NCBI GenBank assembly: GCA_014905635.1
Contig: CM026548.1
Location: 248,001 to 312,000 of the forward strand
Origin: Scenedesmus sp. PABB004
Taxonomy: Eukaryota
Reading direction: 5' to 3'
Length of the DNA stretch: 64,000 nt
The position numbers and the translations under genes were made by a program. Shown here one piece after another: positions 61,601-64,000 of the stretch. The notes beneath the pieces are model-generated. The model searched no databases and was not told the origin of the DNA. It saw only the letters and a program-made list of their open reading frames with translations. Within the stretch, counting starts at the first letter, position 1; the number at the start of each line of letters is the position of its first letter.

Positions 61601-62840
61601 CGGCTGGCAGGCAGAGGTTGCCCTCGGCCGCGGGCGTCGTGCCGGGCGGGCACACGCAGCGCTTGGCGGCGCTGCAGGCCATAGAGTCGCAGTCGCTGGC
61701 CTGCCGGCAGGCCTTGCCGAGCGGGCACGTCCAGCACGTGCCGCCGCCGCCTGCGCGGCGGGGCGGCGCGGCGCGTCGTCGGCGGCGGCGGCGGCGGCGT
61801 CGGGGCGCGGTGTGCCACGCCCCCTTCCCTCTCCTTCCCCTCCTTCCCCGGGCCCCGCGCGCCGCTCACAGTCGATGTCCGACTCGGCGCCGTCCTTGAC
61901 GCCGTTCCAGCAGGGGTCGGCCGAGCTCATCACGCCGCCGGCGGCGCCGCCGCCGCGCCCCGCGGTCGGCCCCGCCTGCTGCGCCGCGACGCAGGCCGTG
62001 CCGTTGGCCGCCACGGCGAGCCCCGCGCCGCAGCCGCACTTGCGCGTCGCGGCCGCGCACACGCCGCTCCTGCAGTCGCTGCCGTTGCGGCAGGGCCCCT
62101 CGCCGAGCGCGCAGAGCTTGCCGCCCGCCGCGCACGGCGGCCGCGGCTTGAGCGCCGCCGGCTTGACGTCCTGCACCGCGCCCGGGATCTGCGACGGCCT
62201 GCAGCTCCGCCTGTCCGGCGCCGGCGCCGTGCCGGGCGGGCACGCGCAGCGCCGCGTGCCCGCGTCGCAGCCGCCCGCCGCGCAGTCGGCGTCGGCGCCG
62301 CACGCCTGCGAGAGGGCGCAGCGCCGGCTGCAGGCGCCCCCGCAGTCGACGTCGGCCTCCCGGCCGTCGCGGCGGCCGTTGTAGCAGGTGGACTGCTCGC
62401 TGAAGCACGCGCGCCGCGCCGCGTCGAGCGCGAGCCCCGCGGGGCAGCCGCACGTCGAGCTCGCGGGGTCGCACGTGCCGCTCTCGCAGTCGGCGCCCGT
62501 GCGGCACGCCTGCAGCAGGCGGCACTTGCGGCTGCACTCGCCGCTGCAGTCCACGTCCGCCTCGCCGCCGTCGCGCACGCCGTTGGCGCACTGCCGCGCA
62601 ACGTCCGCCTGCTCAGCAGGCAGGCGCGGCGGCGGAGGCGGCGGCGCTCGGCGGGCGCGGCACGACGGCTGCTGCACCGGCAACGGCCGCCGCCGGCGGC
62701 GCCGATGCCCCCAGCACGCTCACCGCGGCGCGCGCCCCGAGCGCCTGGTGCGCCAGCAGCAGCGGCAGCAGCAGCAGCAGCGTCACCGCCGGCGCCGCGC
62801 GCCGCCGGCGCGGCCCGCGCGCAGCCGCTGCCGGGGGCAT
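58641..62840 (-). CDS. Secreted cysteine-rich protein with about 9 EGF-like repeats and 6 CxNGxxDxxExDxDC repeats, spliced
   Basis: Signal peptide LLLLLPLLLAHQALG; repeats CxNGGxC...FxCxC..GF.G..C; repeats such as CANGVRDGGEADVDC. No TM segment seen. Confidence 0.9.
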
Positions 62841-63712
62841 GACCTTGAGCGCCCCCGGCTCAGAGCGCGGCAGCAGGCGTCATGGCGGCCGCCCTGCGAG
62901 CGGCGTGGCGCATGCGCTTGCCCCGCCTGCCGCAGCGCGGTCACGGCGCGCGGCAGCGCCGGGCCCAGAGGTCGGGGCTGCGCCGGGGCAGCTGCAGCGC
63001 ACCTGCGCGCCGACGATCGCGCCCAGACGACACGAGGAGCGGCGCGCGGGCCCGCGGACGGGCGCACGCCGGCGCGCGTGGCGGCTCGAGAGAGGGAGGC
63101 TTTATACGCCGATGATGGAGGGAGCTGGGCGCGGGCGCGCGGTGGCCTGCTGCTGCGCGCCGGCTGCTGCTGCTGCACAGGCTGAGCGGCGCAGGCTGCG
63201 GTGTGTGTGCCTCCCCACAGTACGAGAGCGAGTCGGCGAATCAGCATGAGCGCGGCCGCGGTCTGGCATGCTGCCCTTGCGCCGCCGCGGACAACTGACG
63301 GCGTGCGCCGCTGCCGCAGGCCCAGCGCCGCGCACCGCCTCGCTCGCCACTTCCGGTGGATGCGTCTCGGGCGCCCGGGGGCGCCGTGCCCTGCCTGCAG
63401 GCTCTCCGCCAGCAGAGCAGCAGCGCCGCGAGCGCGCGCAGCAGCCCGCCGCGTGTGCTCCTGGCGAGCCCCTGATCGCCCGTGCGAGCTCCCGCTCGAT
63501 CGGCCTTTGCGGTCCCTCGCCCGCCGCTCGCGCGGCGCGCCCCCGCGGCGGCAGCGGCAGGCGCAGCTGCGGCGGTCGCAGCAGCGGCAGCGGCGGCCAA
63601 CCGCTCCGCTCCGCGCGCCGCGGCGGCGGCGGCATGCCGGCGACGGCGCCGCGCCCGCGGCGCGCCGCCGCGGCGGGCTGCGGCGGCGGCCGATGAGCCG
63701 CGGCGCGGCGCG

Positions 63713-64000
63713 ATGGCGGGCGACGCGGCGCGGGGCGCGGCGCGCTGGACCGAGCTGTTCCGCCGCGAGCACAACACGCTCTACGACGTCCTGCTCTGGC
63801 GCGGCACGCCGTGGCCAGCGCTGGCGCTGGGGTGGCAGCCGGGCGCGTGGGCGCCGCCGGCCGGCGTGGCCGGCGCCGCCGCCGCCGCGGCCGCCGACGC
63901 GGCGGCCGACGCGCTCGCGCGCGCCGCCGCCGACGGCGCGGACGGGCGCGAGGCGGTGGCGCTGCCGGGCGCGCACGCGTACCTGCTGCTGGGCGAGCAG
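63713..64000 (+). CDS. 5' part of an MSI/RBBP4-like (CAF1C H4-binding plus WD40) protein
   Basis: MAGDAARGAARWTELFRREHNTLYDVLLWRGTPWPALALGWQP...YLLLGEQ resembles the LYD...WPSL...W...LLLG motif. Truncated by the window end. Confidence 0.55.
   Translation, partial: MAGDAARGAARWTELFRREHNTLYDVLLWRGTPWPALALGWQPGAWAPPAGVAGAAAAAAADAAADALARAAADGADGREAVALPGAHAYLLLGEQ

Noticed and set aside
1..64000. CRISPR array, prokaryotic operon, rRNA or tRNA genes
   Set aside because: No repeat-spacer periodicity or recognisable structural RNA; the genes are spliced eukaryotic genes.

Overview
This window is very GC-rich (roughly 80% by eye), gene-dense, intron-rich eukaryotic DNA. Short GT/GC-AG introns ending in ...GCGCAG, plastid-targeted genes and TGTAA signals point to a chlorophyte green alga; a Sphaeropleales/Selenastraceae-like lineage is my inference. 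Most long ORFs in the supplied track are GC artefacts, so genes were assembled by hand across introns. About 19 protein genes are supported: PTB/PiT phosphate transporter (partial), VTI1 SNARE, GNL1/LSG1-type GTPase, divergent LHC protein, TIC21/PIC1, ZIP transporter, cysteine synthase, UVRAG/VPS38, choline/ethanolamine kinase, receptor-like TKL kinase, FKBP16-3, RGG/FoP protein, MRL1, sulfatase, an unknown plastid-type protein, subtilisin, a BTB protein, a secreted EGF-repeat protein and a partial MSI/RBBP4-like gene. Highlights: (1) a chimeric duplicate fusing the PTB promoter (with its P1BS box) and first exon to the 3' end of cysteine synthase; (2) TIC21 and an LHC ORF apparently linked by an intron, giving a bicistronic or fusion transcript; (3) a ZIP with a LIV-1-like ectodomain on a non-LIV-1 core; (4) at least 12 frame-supported GC-AG introns. 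No rRNA, tRNA, CRISPR or recognisable transposase was found. All family calls come from remembered motifs, not database searches.
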